Below, piece after piece: positions 17,866 through 26,164 of a stretch of DNA of 52,364 bases. The position numbers and the translations under genes were made by a program. Every line of letters begins with the position of its first letter. Positions within the stretch are counted from its first letter, which is position 1. The notes below the pieces were generated by a model that worked only from the letters and a program-made list of their open reading frames with translations, ran no database searches and was not told the origin of the DNA. Source of the DNA: Pelagibacteraceae bacterium (lineage in GTDB: Bacteria > Pseudomonadota > Alphaproteobacteria > Pelagibacterales > AG-422-B15). The DNA is taken from positions 62,077-114,440 of the forward strand of contig JAYNZW010000003.1 in assembly GCA_038103905.1 (NCBI GenBank), given 5' to 3'.

Positions 17866-18960
17866 CTAAAAATCATTTAATACCTTAATAACATATTCCA
17901 CTTCGTTTTTTTTCATTTCAGGAAAAATGGGAATAGACAATTGACTCTTAGAAATTTTTTCTGTTATAGGCAGATCATTTCTTTTATATCCTAAATTTCG
18001 ATAAGGTTTTTGTAAGTGAGCAGGTATAGGATAATGAAAATTTGTCCCAATACCATTTGCATTTAAATATTTTTGAAGAATATTTCTCCTTTTGTAAAAT
18101 AAACTAAATATATGATAAACATGATAATTATTTGAATTTTCCATCGTAATAGTAAATTTATTATTTTTAATTAATGTTTGGTAAGTTTTTGCAATTCTTC
18201 TTCTATCATTCGTCCAGTTTTTAATATGTTTAAGTTTTACATTTAATGTAGCGGCTTGGATTGAGTCCATCCTATAGTTATATGAAATTTCAGTGTGGTG
18301 GTATCTTTTTGGCTGAGACCAGTTTCTTAAGTTTTTTATTTTTTTGTCAAAACTTCTATTATTAGTTGTAATTGCCCCGCCTTCTCCACTTGCGCCTAAA
18401 TTTTTTCCTGGATAAAAACTAAATGTTCCAATATCACCAATAGATCCAGCATTAACATTATTGAATTTTGCACCATGCGCTTGAGATGAGTCTTCTATAA
18501 TTCTAAGCTTATATTTTTTTGCTATTTTTATGATTGAATTCATTTCCGCACATTGACCATAAAGATGAACAACTACTATAGCCTTAGTCCTATTATTTAT
18601 TTTTTTTTCTATATTTCTATAATCCATTAATTGAGTATCTTCAAAAACATCTACAAAAACAGGTTTCGCACCTGTATAAGAAATTGACATTACCGTTGCA
18701 ATAAATGTCATTGATACTGTAATTACTTCATCGCCAGCTCCTATTCCACATGCAAGAAGAGCTAAATGTAAAGCACTTGTTCCTGTGTTTACCGCCGTAC
18801 AGTAATTTGTTCCTATAAAATTAGAAAAATTATTTTCAAATAATTCAACTTCAGGTCCAAGACTATATTGAGTGGATCTTAGAGAATTCAAAACATTTTT
18901 CTCTAAATCATGTTTTAAAACTTTATACTGCCGGTGAAGATCAAAGTATGGAACTTTCAT
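17866..18960 (-). CDS. DegT/DnrJ/EryC1/StrS sugar aminotransferase
   Basis: NTGTSALHLAL, VHLYGQ, IEDSSQAHGA, FSFYPGKNLGA.GEGG (PLP Lys), HVYH, HYPIP.HLQ. Confidence 0.94.
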   Translation of the reverse strand: MKVPYFDLHRQYKVLKHDLEKNVLNSLRSTQYSLGPEVELFENNFSNFIGTNYCTAVNTGTSALHLALLACGIGAGDEVITVSMTFIATVMSISYTGAKPVFVDVFEDTQLMDYRNIEKKINNRTKAIVVVHLYGQCAEMNSIIKIAKKYKLRIIEDSSQAHGAKFNNVNAGSIGDIGTFSFYPGKNLGASGEGGAITTNNRSFDKKIKNLRNWSQPKRYHHTEISYNYRMDSIQAATLNVKLKHIKNWTNDRRRIAKTYQTLIKNNKFTITMENSNNYHVYHIFSLFYKRRNILQKYLNANGIGTNFHYPIPAHLQKPYRNLGYKRNDLPITEKISKSQLSIPIFPEMKKNEVEYVIKVLNDF

Positions 18961-18962
18961 AT

Positions 18963-19970
18963 CTAAACTTTTACTGGCCTTCCATTATTTGACATAGATT
19001 TATCAGCAGCTTCGAGAATTTTAACCACGTCCATCCCATGTTCTCCTGTAGATCTGGATTTATATCTCTTGTTGTGTATCATTTTTTTAAATTCTAAAAC
19101 AGCAGTTTTTAAAGCTTCGGTATTTTTTAGATTAGGAAGAAATGTATCACCAACTTTATATTCAACTAAATTTGAAGGTGAGTTTTCATTTTTTATAACA
19201 TCCACTCCCTTGTTAAATACTTTAATCTTGTCACTTGGCTCAAGATCATTATAAAGAATCATTTTTTTTGATCCGCCTAATATAGTTTGCCTAATTTTAA
19301 CAGGAGATAGCCAATTTACATTAATGTGAGCAACGAAATTATTATCGTACTTAATAGTTAAATATGCAGAAGTAACGGGTTTTGATTTAAAATGTTTGTG
19401 CCCGACGGCGGATACTATTTTAGGTTTTCTACTTTCAATAAAATTCAAAATTGCTAAATCATGAACTGCCAAGTCCCACATTACGTTAATATCATTTTGT
19501 ATAAGTCCAAGATTAATTCTCGTAGAATCATAATAAAGTAAATTTCCAAAATCTTTTTTGCTAGCAATATCTTTCATTTTGTTAACCGCAGATGTATATA
19601 AAAATGTATGATCAACAAATATGGTTAATGAATTCTTTTTAGCTATATTAATTAGACTTTGACATTTTATTGATGAGTCAGCCAAAGGTTTTTCAACAAA
19701 AATATTTTTCCCTGCTTCTAAACATTCTTTAGCTAAAGAGTAATGTGTTCTTACGGGCGTAGCGATTACTATAGCCCGTATATCACTATAATTTATAATT
19801 TTTTTATAATTATTAACTTTTAATGTATGTTCTTTACTTACAGAAATCTTATTAAGTACTTTTAAGTCACGGTCACAGATATATTTTACCAAAAAATCTT
19901 TGTTTGAATCAAAATTTCGATAAAGATTTGGGCCCCAATAACCCATACCAATTATTCCTATTTTAATCAT
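18963..19970 (-). CDS. Gfo/Idh/MocA NAD-dependent oxidoreductase (NDP-sugar C3 dehydrogenase-like)
   Basis: GIIGMGYWGPNL.RNF, ATP..TH, VEKPL, WDLAVHD, WLSP.K.R; start taken at ATG 19970. Confidence 0.9.
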   Translation of the reverse strand: MIKIGIIGMGYWGPNLYRNFDSNKDFLVKYICDRDLKVLNKISVSKEHTLKVNNYKKIINYSDIRAIVIATPVRTHYSLAKECLEAGKNIFVEKPLADSSIKCQSLINIAKKNSLTIFVDHTFLYTSAVNKMKDIASKKDFGNLLYYDSTRINLGLIQNDINVMWDLAVHDLAILNFIESRKPKIVSAVGHKHFKSKPVTSAYLTIKYDNNFVAHINVNWLSPVKIRQTILGGSKKMILYNDLEPSDKIKVFNKGVDVIKNENSPSNLVEYKVGDTFLPNLKNTEALKTAVLEFKKMIHNKRYKSRSTGEHGMDVVKILEAADKSMSNNGRPVKV

Positions 19971-20730
19971 AAATGTGCTCCTTATTGTCAATATCAGTTA
20001 AAATAAGATGATCGTCAAACAGTTTACTTTTAATTATTTCTTTGTTCTTAACTATTGGAATTTGATATGGAGGAAAGATAAGAGATCTAATTTGATTATG
20101 AATGACTTTTAGATCTCCTTCAGTGTTTATTTTTTCTTCTTTGTAATTGACTGATTTTCGTGAAAAGTAAGTTGCGTCTGAATTTTTTTGCACTGATGTT
20201 GAATAATCACCCAATATTATTTGATCAAATAAATTGATAAATAATTTAGACGCTGATGACATCAATTTAAAATAATTATCTTTTGAGGTATCATTAATGT
20301 CTATCTTATAGATTAATTGATCAATAATTCTACCAGTATCGATTCCATCATCAATTTCATGACATGTAACGCCAGATACAGTTTCTCCATTTTTAATCTG
20401 AAGATAGTTTGTATGACAGCCCCTATATTTTGGCAATAAGCTAAAATGAAAATTAAATAAATTTGTACTTAAAAATTTTTTTGTTTTAATTATCTTATCA
20501 AACTCAAGTGAAAAAAAATATAAATCTTTAATTTTATATAGATCATTCAAAGACATTATTGATATCTTGTTGTCATTAGCATATTTCATTAAGGATGGTT
20601 GCCAATCATCATTTCCATTATCATCAGAATTAATGCAAACAGATAAGTTATTTTTATCAATATCATTCCTAGAAATTAAATATGATAGAGCGTCAATAGA
20701 ACATTGATTTTTTCCAGCTATACAATACAT
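19963..20730 (-). CDS. NDP-amino-sugar N-formyltransferase (WlaRD-like)
   Basis: CIAGKN, D.WQ.SL, FFSLEFD.IIK, FNFHFSLLPKYRG, SGVT.HEIDDGIDTG.II, IHNQIR..IF..YQ.P. Confidence 0.88.
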   Translation of the reverse strand: MYCIAGKNQCSIDALSYLISRNDIDKNNLSVCINSDDNGNDDWQPSLMKYANDNKISIMSLNDLYKIKDLYFFSLEFDKIIKTKKFLSTNLFNFHFSLLPKYRGCHTNYLQIKNGETVSGVTCHEIDDGIDTGRIIDQLIYKIDINDTSKDNYFKLMSSASKLFINLFDQIILGDYSTSVQKNSDATYFSRKSVNYKEEKINTEGDLKVIHNQIRSLIFPPYQIPIVKNKEIIKSKLFDDHLILTDIDNKEHIYD

Positions 20731-20767
20731 TTTTTTAATATTAAATTATAATATAATAAATAAATTA

Positions 20768-21499
20768 GTGAAAAAAAGAAATACATATACTCTTATAATC
20801 TTATTTGTTTTATTTCAAAGTGCATTCGTATATTCAGATGAATTTACTTTATCAGCTAAATTTGGGCCAATAAAAAAAATAATCTATAAATTTTCATATG
20901 AAATGGAAGTTGAAAATAATAATTATAATCTAGAATTTAAAATATCTTCACAAGATAACCTAGTAAAATTTATTACAAATGAAACTAGCGGCAAGGGATT
21001 TTCAAAAGGTAAAATAAATGAAAATGTCTTTATTCCAAAAAACTATCAATATATTGAAAAAAAAGAGAGCTCATTAAAAAAATATCTTATAGATTTCAAT
21101 GATCCAAATAATATTAAGGGCATTCGTATTCCATCTTATGATAAATCCAAACTCACTCCTATTGACAAAGAAATGTTAGTCGGTGTTTTGGATCCCGTGT
21201 TAATATTTTATAAATTAGCAAATTTCCAAGATTTAAAAAACTGCAATAGCAATCTTAAAATTTATGATGCTAAAAGAAGACTTGATTTAATGGTCACAAA
21301 AATAAGTGAAAGTCAAAAAGGCTTTAAATGTCTAATGACTTCAAAAAAAATTGGTGGATACAAAATAAAAAATAAAATTGATCCGCTAGAGATACCTTAT
21401 GAGATGATAATTGAGTTTAAATATATTGGAGATGTTTTAAGAATGACCTCTATAGAGGGCAAGAATAGTATGCTTAGTATGATCATTGAAAGAATTTGA
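20768..21499 (+). CDS. Exported DUF3108-like protein
   Basis: Signal peptide; LDP and IYD.KRR.D motifs; beta-rich. Confidence 0.6.
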   Translation: MKKRNTYTLIILFVLFQSAFVYSDEFTLSAKFGPIKKIIYKFSYEMEVENNNYNLEFKISSQDNLVKFITNETSGKGFSKGKINENVFIPKNYQYIEKKESSLKKYLIDFNDPNNIKGIRIPSYDKSKLTPIDKEMLVGVLDPVLIFYKLANFQDLKNCNSNLKIYDAKRRLDLMVTKISESQKGFKCLMTSKKIGGYKIKNKIDPLEIPYEMIIEFKYIGDVLRMTSIEGKNSMLSMIIERI

Positions 21500-21500
21500 A

Positions 21501-22538
21501 TTAAATACTTTTTGCTATTTTCTTCTTTAATTCATCTAATCCATCTCCTGTTAAAGCACTGACATAGTTCGTTTTAATATTTGAATTTTTAAATACCTTA
21601 TTTTGTAAATCAATCTTATTAAATACAGTGATCATATTATTAATTTTATTACTAGATACGCCTGTTTCTTGTAAAATTTTTTTTGTAGTATTTATTTTTG
21701 ATTGAAAATTTATATCATTAATATCAACAACATTAATAATATGATCTGATTCATTTATCTCCTCTAAAGTTGCTTTAAAAGACTCTATTAGTTGAGTTGG
21801 AATATTATTTATAAATCCAACTGTATCAATCAATCCCACTGATAAATTGTTTTTAAGAAACACTCGACTTATTTTCGTATCTAATGTAGCAAATAATTTA
21901 TTTGCACTTTCTTTTTTTTGTTTTGTAAGCTGGTTAAATAATTGGGTTTTGCCAGCATTTGTATAGCCAACAATAGCAAAAATTTTGAAATTATTTCTAT
22001 TTCTTAACTTTCTTTGAATACTTCTTCTTTTTGATACATTTTTTAATCTTTTTTTTATTTTTTCTATTTTTTCTTGAATCAGCCTTCTGTCTAGTTCTAT
22101 CTGAAGCTCCCCTGGTCCTCCAACAAAAGATGTGCCTCCCCTCTGTCTTTCTAAGTGAGTCCATGCGCGCACAAGTCTAGATTTTCTATAAATCATCTCT
22201 GCTAATTGAACTTGAAGTTTTCCTTCATTGGACAAAGCTCTTTTAGCAAAAATTTCAATTATTATTCCACTACGATCTACAACTTTTACTTTAAGAAAAT
22301 TTTCCAAATTTCTTTGTTGATTTGGTGTTAAGGAAGAATTACAGATTAATAAATTTAGTTTTTTTAAATTTATTTCCTTCAATAAATCTTTAAGTGTCCC
22401 TTTTCCAATTAATGTTGATGCATTAATTTTTTTTATATTAATTGTTTTTTTTCCAAGAATATTAATATTCAGATTCAAACATAAGTTAACCATTTCACTC
22501 ATCATTTCATTTGAATCTGAGCTATAGGAATTTGGCAA
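21501..22538 (-). CDS. hflX: GTPase HflX (C-terminal domain absent; true start probably upstream)
   Basis: LTP.QQRNLE, EGKLQVQLA, RAWTHLERQRGG..GGPGE.Q.E.DRR, GYTNAGKT, LFATLD, DTVGF, NKID, SALTG. Confidence 0.95.
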   Translation of the reverse strand: MPNSYSSDSNEMMSEMVNLCLNLNINILGKKTINIKKINASTLIGKGTLKDLLKEINLKKLNLLICNSSLTPNQQRNLENFLKVKVVDRSGIIIEIFAKRALSNEGKLQVQLAEMIYRKSRLVRAWTHLERQRGGTSFVGGPGELQIELDRRLIQEKIEKIKKRLKNVSKRRSIQRKLRNRNNFKIFAIVGYTNAGKTQLFNQLTKQKKESANKLFATLDTKISRVFLKNNLSVGLIDTVGFINNIPTQLIESFKATLEEINESDHIINVVDINDINFQSKINTTKKILQETGVSSNKINNMITVFNKIDLQNKVFKNSNIKTNYVSALTGDGLDELKKKIAKSI

Positions 22539-22573
22539 TACTGGATTTATAATGAATGCTTCAGTATTTTTTT

Positions 22574-23431
22574 TTAAAGATCTGTTAATTTTAAGCTCTC
22601 CATATATGCAGCTCTAAAATCTTGAGCCTTAGGGCCCGGTAAACCCTTTCCAATTTTTATACTGTCGACTTGTACAACTGGCATTACGTGTTGCGTAGCG
22701 CTAGTAATAAAAGCTTCACTTGCTTTTCTTACATCACTTAAGTTAAACTTTGCTTCTTTATATTTAATTTTTCTCTTTTTTAGCCCTCTAATTAAAGTGG
22801 ATCTTGTGATTCCATTTAAAATAGAATTTGAAACAGGTCTTGTTATTAACGTTTCATCGACATAGATCCAAGCATTACTTGAGCTACCCTCAGTGATAAA
22901 ATTATCATCATCAATTAGCCATGACTCTTGGCAATCTTTTTCATAGGCAGATTGCTTCGCCAAAACAGGTGCAAGTAAGTTCAATGATTTAATGTCAACT
23001 CTTTTCCATCTTAAATCTTTTGTTGTTGATACTCTTATACCTCTTTCAAAAGAACCAGTGTACTGATCTAATGGTATATTTTTACCAATTATTACAAGTG
23101 AACTTTTAACATTTTCTGGAAATTTAAAATCTCTTGCAGCAACACCTCTGGATATTTGTAAATAAATTAAACCATTTGATATTAGATTTTGTTTTACAAT
23201 ATTTGAAATATGAAAAAAAATAGATTTCCTTGAGAATGGAAGTTTCATATTAAGCTCTTTTAGTGATCGTAAAAGTCTTTTCATATGAGCATCATAATCA
23301 GCTAGTTTATTATCAATTACTGCAAATACTTCATAAACACCATCTGCAAATTGATAACCTCTATCTTCAATATGAACTTTTGAATCTTCATATGGCAGAT
23401 ACTCACCATTTACAAAAACAACTCTACTCAC
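22574..23431 (-). CDS. dat: D-amino-acid aminotransferase (class IV PLP enzyme)
   Basis: EDRGYQFADGVYEV, RW.R.DIKSLNLL, TEGSSSN, ILNGITR, EAFITSAT; GTG start at 23431 just after the trkA stop. Confidence 0.88.
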   Translation of the reverse strand: MSRVVFVNGEYLPYEDSKVHIEDRGYQFADGVYEVFAVIDNKLADYDAHMKRLLRSLKELNMKLPFSRKSIFFHISNIVKQNLISNGLIYLQISRGVAARDFKFPENVKSSLVIIGKNIPLDQYTGSFERGIRVSTTKDLRWKRVDIKSLNLLAPVLAKQSAYEKDCQESWLIDDDNFITEGSSSNAWIYVDETLITRPVSNSILNGITRSTLIRGLKKRKIKYKEAKFNLSDVRKASEAFITSATQHVMPVVQVDSIKIGKGLPGPKAQDFRAAYMESLKLTDL

Positions 23432-23432
23432 T

Positions 23433-24824
23433 TTAATATGTCTCACTCACTTGAAATAATTCCTCAGCTTTACGAATAGATTTTAATAATGAAATAAAAA
23501 CTACATCATCGTTTTCATGAATAATAGTATCTTTATCTGGAATAGATATTTTTCCTTCCCTACAAATTATTCCAATTCTTATTCCATCAGGTATAGATAA
23601 ATCTTTTAACGGAACATTAATTAGCTTTGAATTTTTTAATGCTTGCGCATGAATTATTTCGCCTTGATTGTTGCTAATAGAATACACAGACTCAATTTTT
23701 CCTTTGTGGACATGTTTTAAAATTTGAGAAGCGGTAATCATTCTCGGATCAATAATCCTGTCAATTCCAAGAACTTCTTTTAAATTTGAATACTCAGAAT
23801 TATTAATTAATATTAATGATTTACAATTGTTTCTTCTTGCAATAGCTGAAGTTATAATGTTGGTTTCATCATCATTTGTAAGTGCAAGCATCATGTCTGC
23901 TTCTGCAACATTAGCCTCATCAAGAATTGATTGATCTAAGCCATCACCTCTTAAGACAAGAGTTTTTTTTAAATGATCAGCAATAATAGCGGATCTCTCT
24001 TTTGATGATTCAATGATTGTGACTGATATATGTGAATTTATTTCTTCTAATTCTTTTGCTAAATTGAATCCTATATTGCCACCTCCAATAATAATTATTT
24101 TATTAATAGGATTCTCATCTATACCAAAGGCAGAAACTGCTCTATCTAAATGTGATCTGTCGGTTAATAAATAAACAGTGTCCTTTTCTAATAATTTATC
24201 ACTTTTATCTGGAATAAATAATTTATCTTTTCTCTCTATACCTACTATTGTTGCTCTTAAATTTTTACTCTCAATTGTATCTTCTTGAAATAATTCATGT
24301 ATATTTTTTAACTCTGTATCAATTAACGGACAATTTTCATTAATAACAATATTAATTAATTGAATTTTATCCTCTATAAAAGGGGCTACGTCATATGCTC
24401 CTGGTGATTGAATTTGTCGAGCAATAGATTTTGCAACCTCTAGTTCTGGACTAATAATTAAATCTATTGGCATATTATCGGCGTTATATAAATTTCGCCA
24501 AATAGGATTTAAAAAATCTTCAGATCTTATTCTTGCAATTTTTCTTGGAATTTTAAAAAATGTATGAGCCATTTGACAAGCCACCATATTAATTTCATCT
24601 TGAAGAGTAACTGCTATTAACATATCAGCTGATTCCGCTCCCGCCTCTTCTAAAACTGATGGATTAGAAGCTGATCCAATAATAGTTTTAAGATCAAATT
24701 TATCGCGTACATTGTCAATTAAATCATGAGATTGATCAATAACTGTAATATCATTGTTTTGATCAATAAGATTTCTTGCAATACTGGTGCCTACTTTTCC
24801 AGCTCCACAAATAATTACTTTCAT
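23433..24824 (-). CDS. trkA: Trk K+ uptake system NAD-binding subunit
   Basis: Two RCK repeats (ICGAGKVG; IIGGGNIG), DE.N..ACQ.A, IARIR, ISPE. Confidence 0.95.
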   Translation of the reverse strand: MKVIICGAGKVGTSIARNLIDQNNDITVIDQSHDLIDNVRDKFDLKTIIGSASNPSVLEEAGAESADMLIAVTLQDEINMVACQMAHTFFKIPRKIARIRSEDFLNPIWRNLYNADNMPIDLIISPELEVAKSIARQIQSPGAYDVAPFIEDKIQLINIVINENCPLIDTELKNIHELFQEDTIESKNLRATIVGIERKDKLFIPDKSDKLLEKDTVYLLTDRSHLDRAVSAFGIDENPINKIIIIGGGNIGFNLAKELEEINSHISVTIIESSKERSAIIADHLKKTLVLRGDGLDQSILDEANVAEADMMLALTNDDETNIITSAIARRNNCKSLILINNSEYSNLKEVLGIDRIIDPRMITASQILKHVHKGKIESVYSISNNQGEIIHAQALKNSKLINVPLKDLSIPDGIRIGIICREGKISIPDKDTIIHENDDVVFISLLKSIRKAEELFQVSETY

Positions 24825-26164
24825 TCTTTACTATCTATCGATATTCCTAGTTGTTTTAGTTTTCTGTGCAGTGCTGATCTTTCCATTCCAATGAATGAAG
24901 CTGTTTTTGAAATATTTCCATTAAATCTGTGGATTTGAGACTCTAAATAATTTTTTTCAAAGATCTTACGCGCATTTTTAAGGGGCATAGATATAACATT
25001 TTTAGAGTTAAATCCACTATCTATTTGATCTGAATTTTCAAGTGATTTTGCGCCAATAATATAATATCGTTCAATTATATTTCTTAATTCCCGAATATTT
25101 CCAGGCCATTCATAATTAACATAATTAGTACTAATATAGTCTATAAGTTCTGAAACTTTAGTGTCCGGACTTGGCGAATATATTTTTGAAAAATATTTTA
25201 TTAAGTTTTCTATGTCATCTATTCTCTCAGATAAACTAGGGAGACTTATAGAGACTACGTTTAGCCTATGAAATAAATCCATTCTAAAATTACCTTCATC
25301 AACAAGTTTTTCTAGATTTTCTGTGGAGGAACACAGAAGCCTCACATCAATATTAACTGCGTTATTTGAACCTACACGATAAAATGAACTATCAGTAAGA
25401 ACTCTTAATATCTTTGATTGAGTTTGAATCGGCATATCACCTATTTCATCAATAAAAAGAGTGCCGTTATTTGCCTTCTCAAAGAAGCCCTCTTTAATAA
25501 CTTTAGAATTCTCTTCAAGGCCAAATAATTCTTCTTCAATCCCTTCAGGCTCCAATAAAGCTGAGTTAACAATAATAAAATTACCTTTTGAATATTTAGA
25601 TTTATTATGTATCTCTTTAGCTACAAGATCTTTACCTGTTCCTGATTTACCATAGATTATTACCCTACTAGAAGTTGGTGAAACTTTTTCAATTAATTGT
25701 TTAACTTTAATAATATTAGTAGAGGTACCAATAAATTCATAGTCTTCAAGATTTTTTCTTTTTAAGGCTGTATTTTCATTTTTAACAAGAAATGTTTCAA
25801 TAGATCTTTTAACAGTTAATAAAAGTCTCTCACTAGAAAAGGGTTTTTCAATAAATTCGTAAGCTCCATTCTTAATTGCATCAACAGCCATTTCAATATT
25901 TCCATGTCCAGAAATAATAATTACAGGTATTTCGGGTTTATCTTTTTTTATTTTTTTTAGTAATTGAATCCCATCTAAATCTGAATCGTTTAACCACACA
26001 TCTAAAATTATTGTATCAAAAACATTTTTTTCTATTTGAACTAAAGCTTCTCTAGAATTTTTTGCTACAAAAGAAACATAGCCTTCATCACTGAGAATAC
26101 CAGAAATAGATTCTCTAATATCTTTTTCATCATCAATAATTAATATATTTTTATTATTTCTCAT
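24821..26164 (-). CDS. ntrX: Response regulator NtrX (REC-AAA+-Fis HTH)
   Basis: IDDE.DIR, LDVWL, ISGHGNIE.AV, GKSGTGKD, LFIDEIGDMP, WPGNIREL.N, GNISKTA.FIGMERSALHRKLK. Confidence 0.95.
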   Translation of the reverse strand: MRNNKNILIIDDEKDIRESISGILSDEGYVSFVAKNSREALVQIEKNVFDTIILDVWLNDSDLDGIQLLKKIKKDKPEIPVIIISGHGNIEMAVDAIKNGAYEFIEKPFSSERLLLTVKRSIETFLVKNENTALKRKNLEDYEFIGTSTNIIKVKQLIEKVSPTSSRVIIYGKSGTGKDLVAKEIHNKSKYSKGNFIIVNSALLEPEGIEEELFGLEENSKVIKEGFFEKANNGTLFIDEIGDMPIQTQSKILRVLTDSSFYRVGSNNAVNIDVRLLCSSTENLEKLVDEGNFRMDLFHRLNVVSISLPSLSERIDDIENLIKYFSKIYSPSPDTKVSELIDYISTNYVNYEWPGNIRELRNIIERYYIIGAKSLENSDQIDSGFNSKNVISMPLKNARKIFEKNYLESQIHRFNGNISKTASFIGMERSALHRKLKQLGISIDSKE

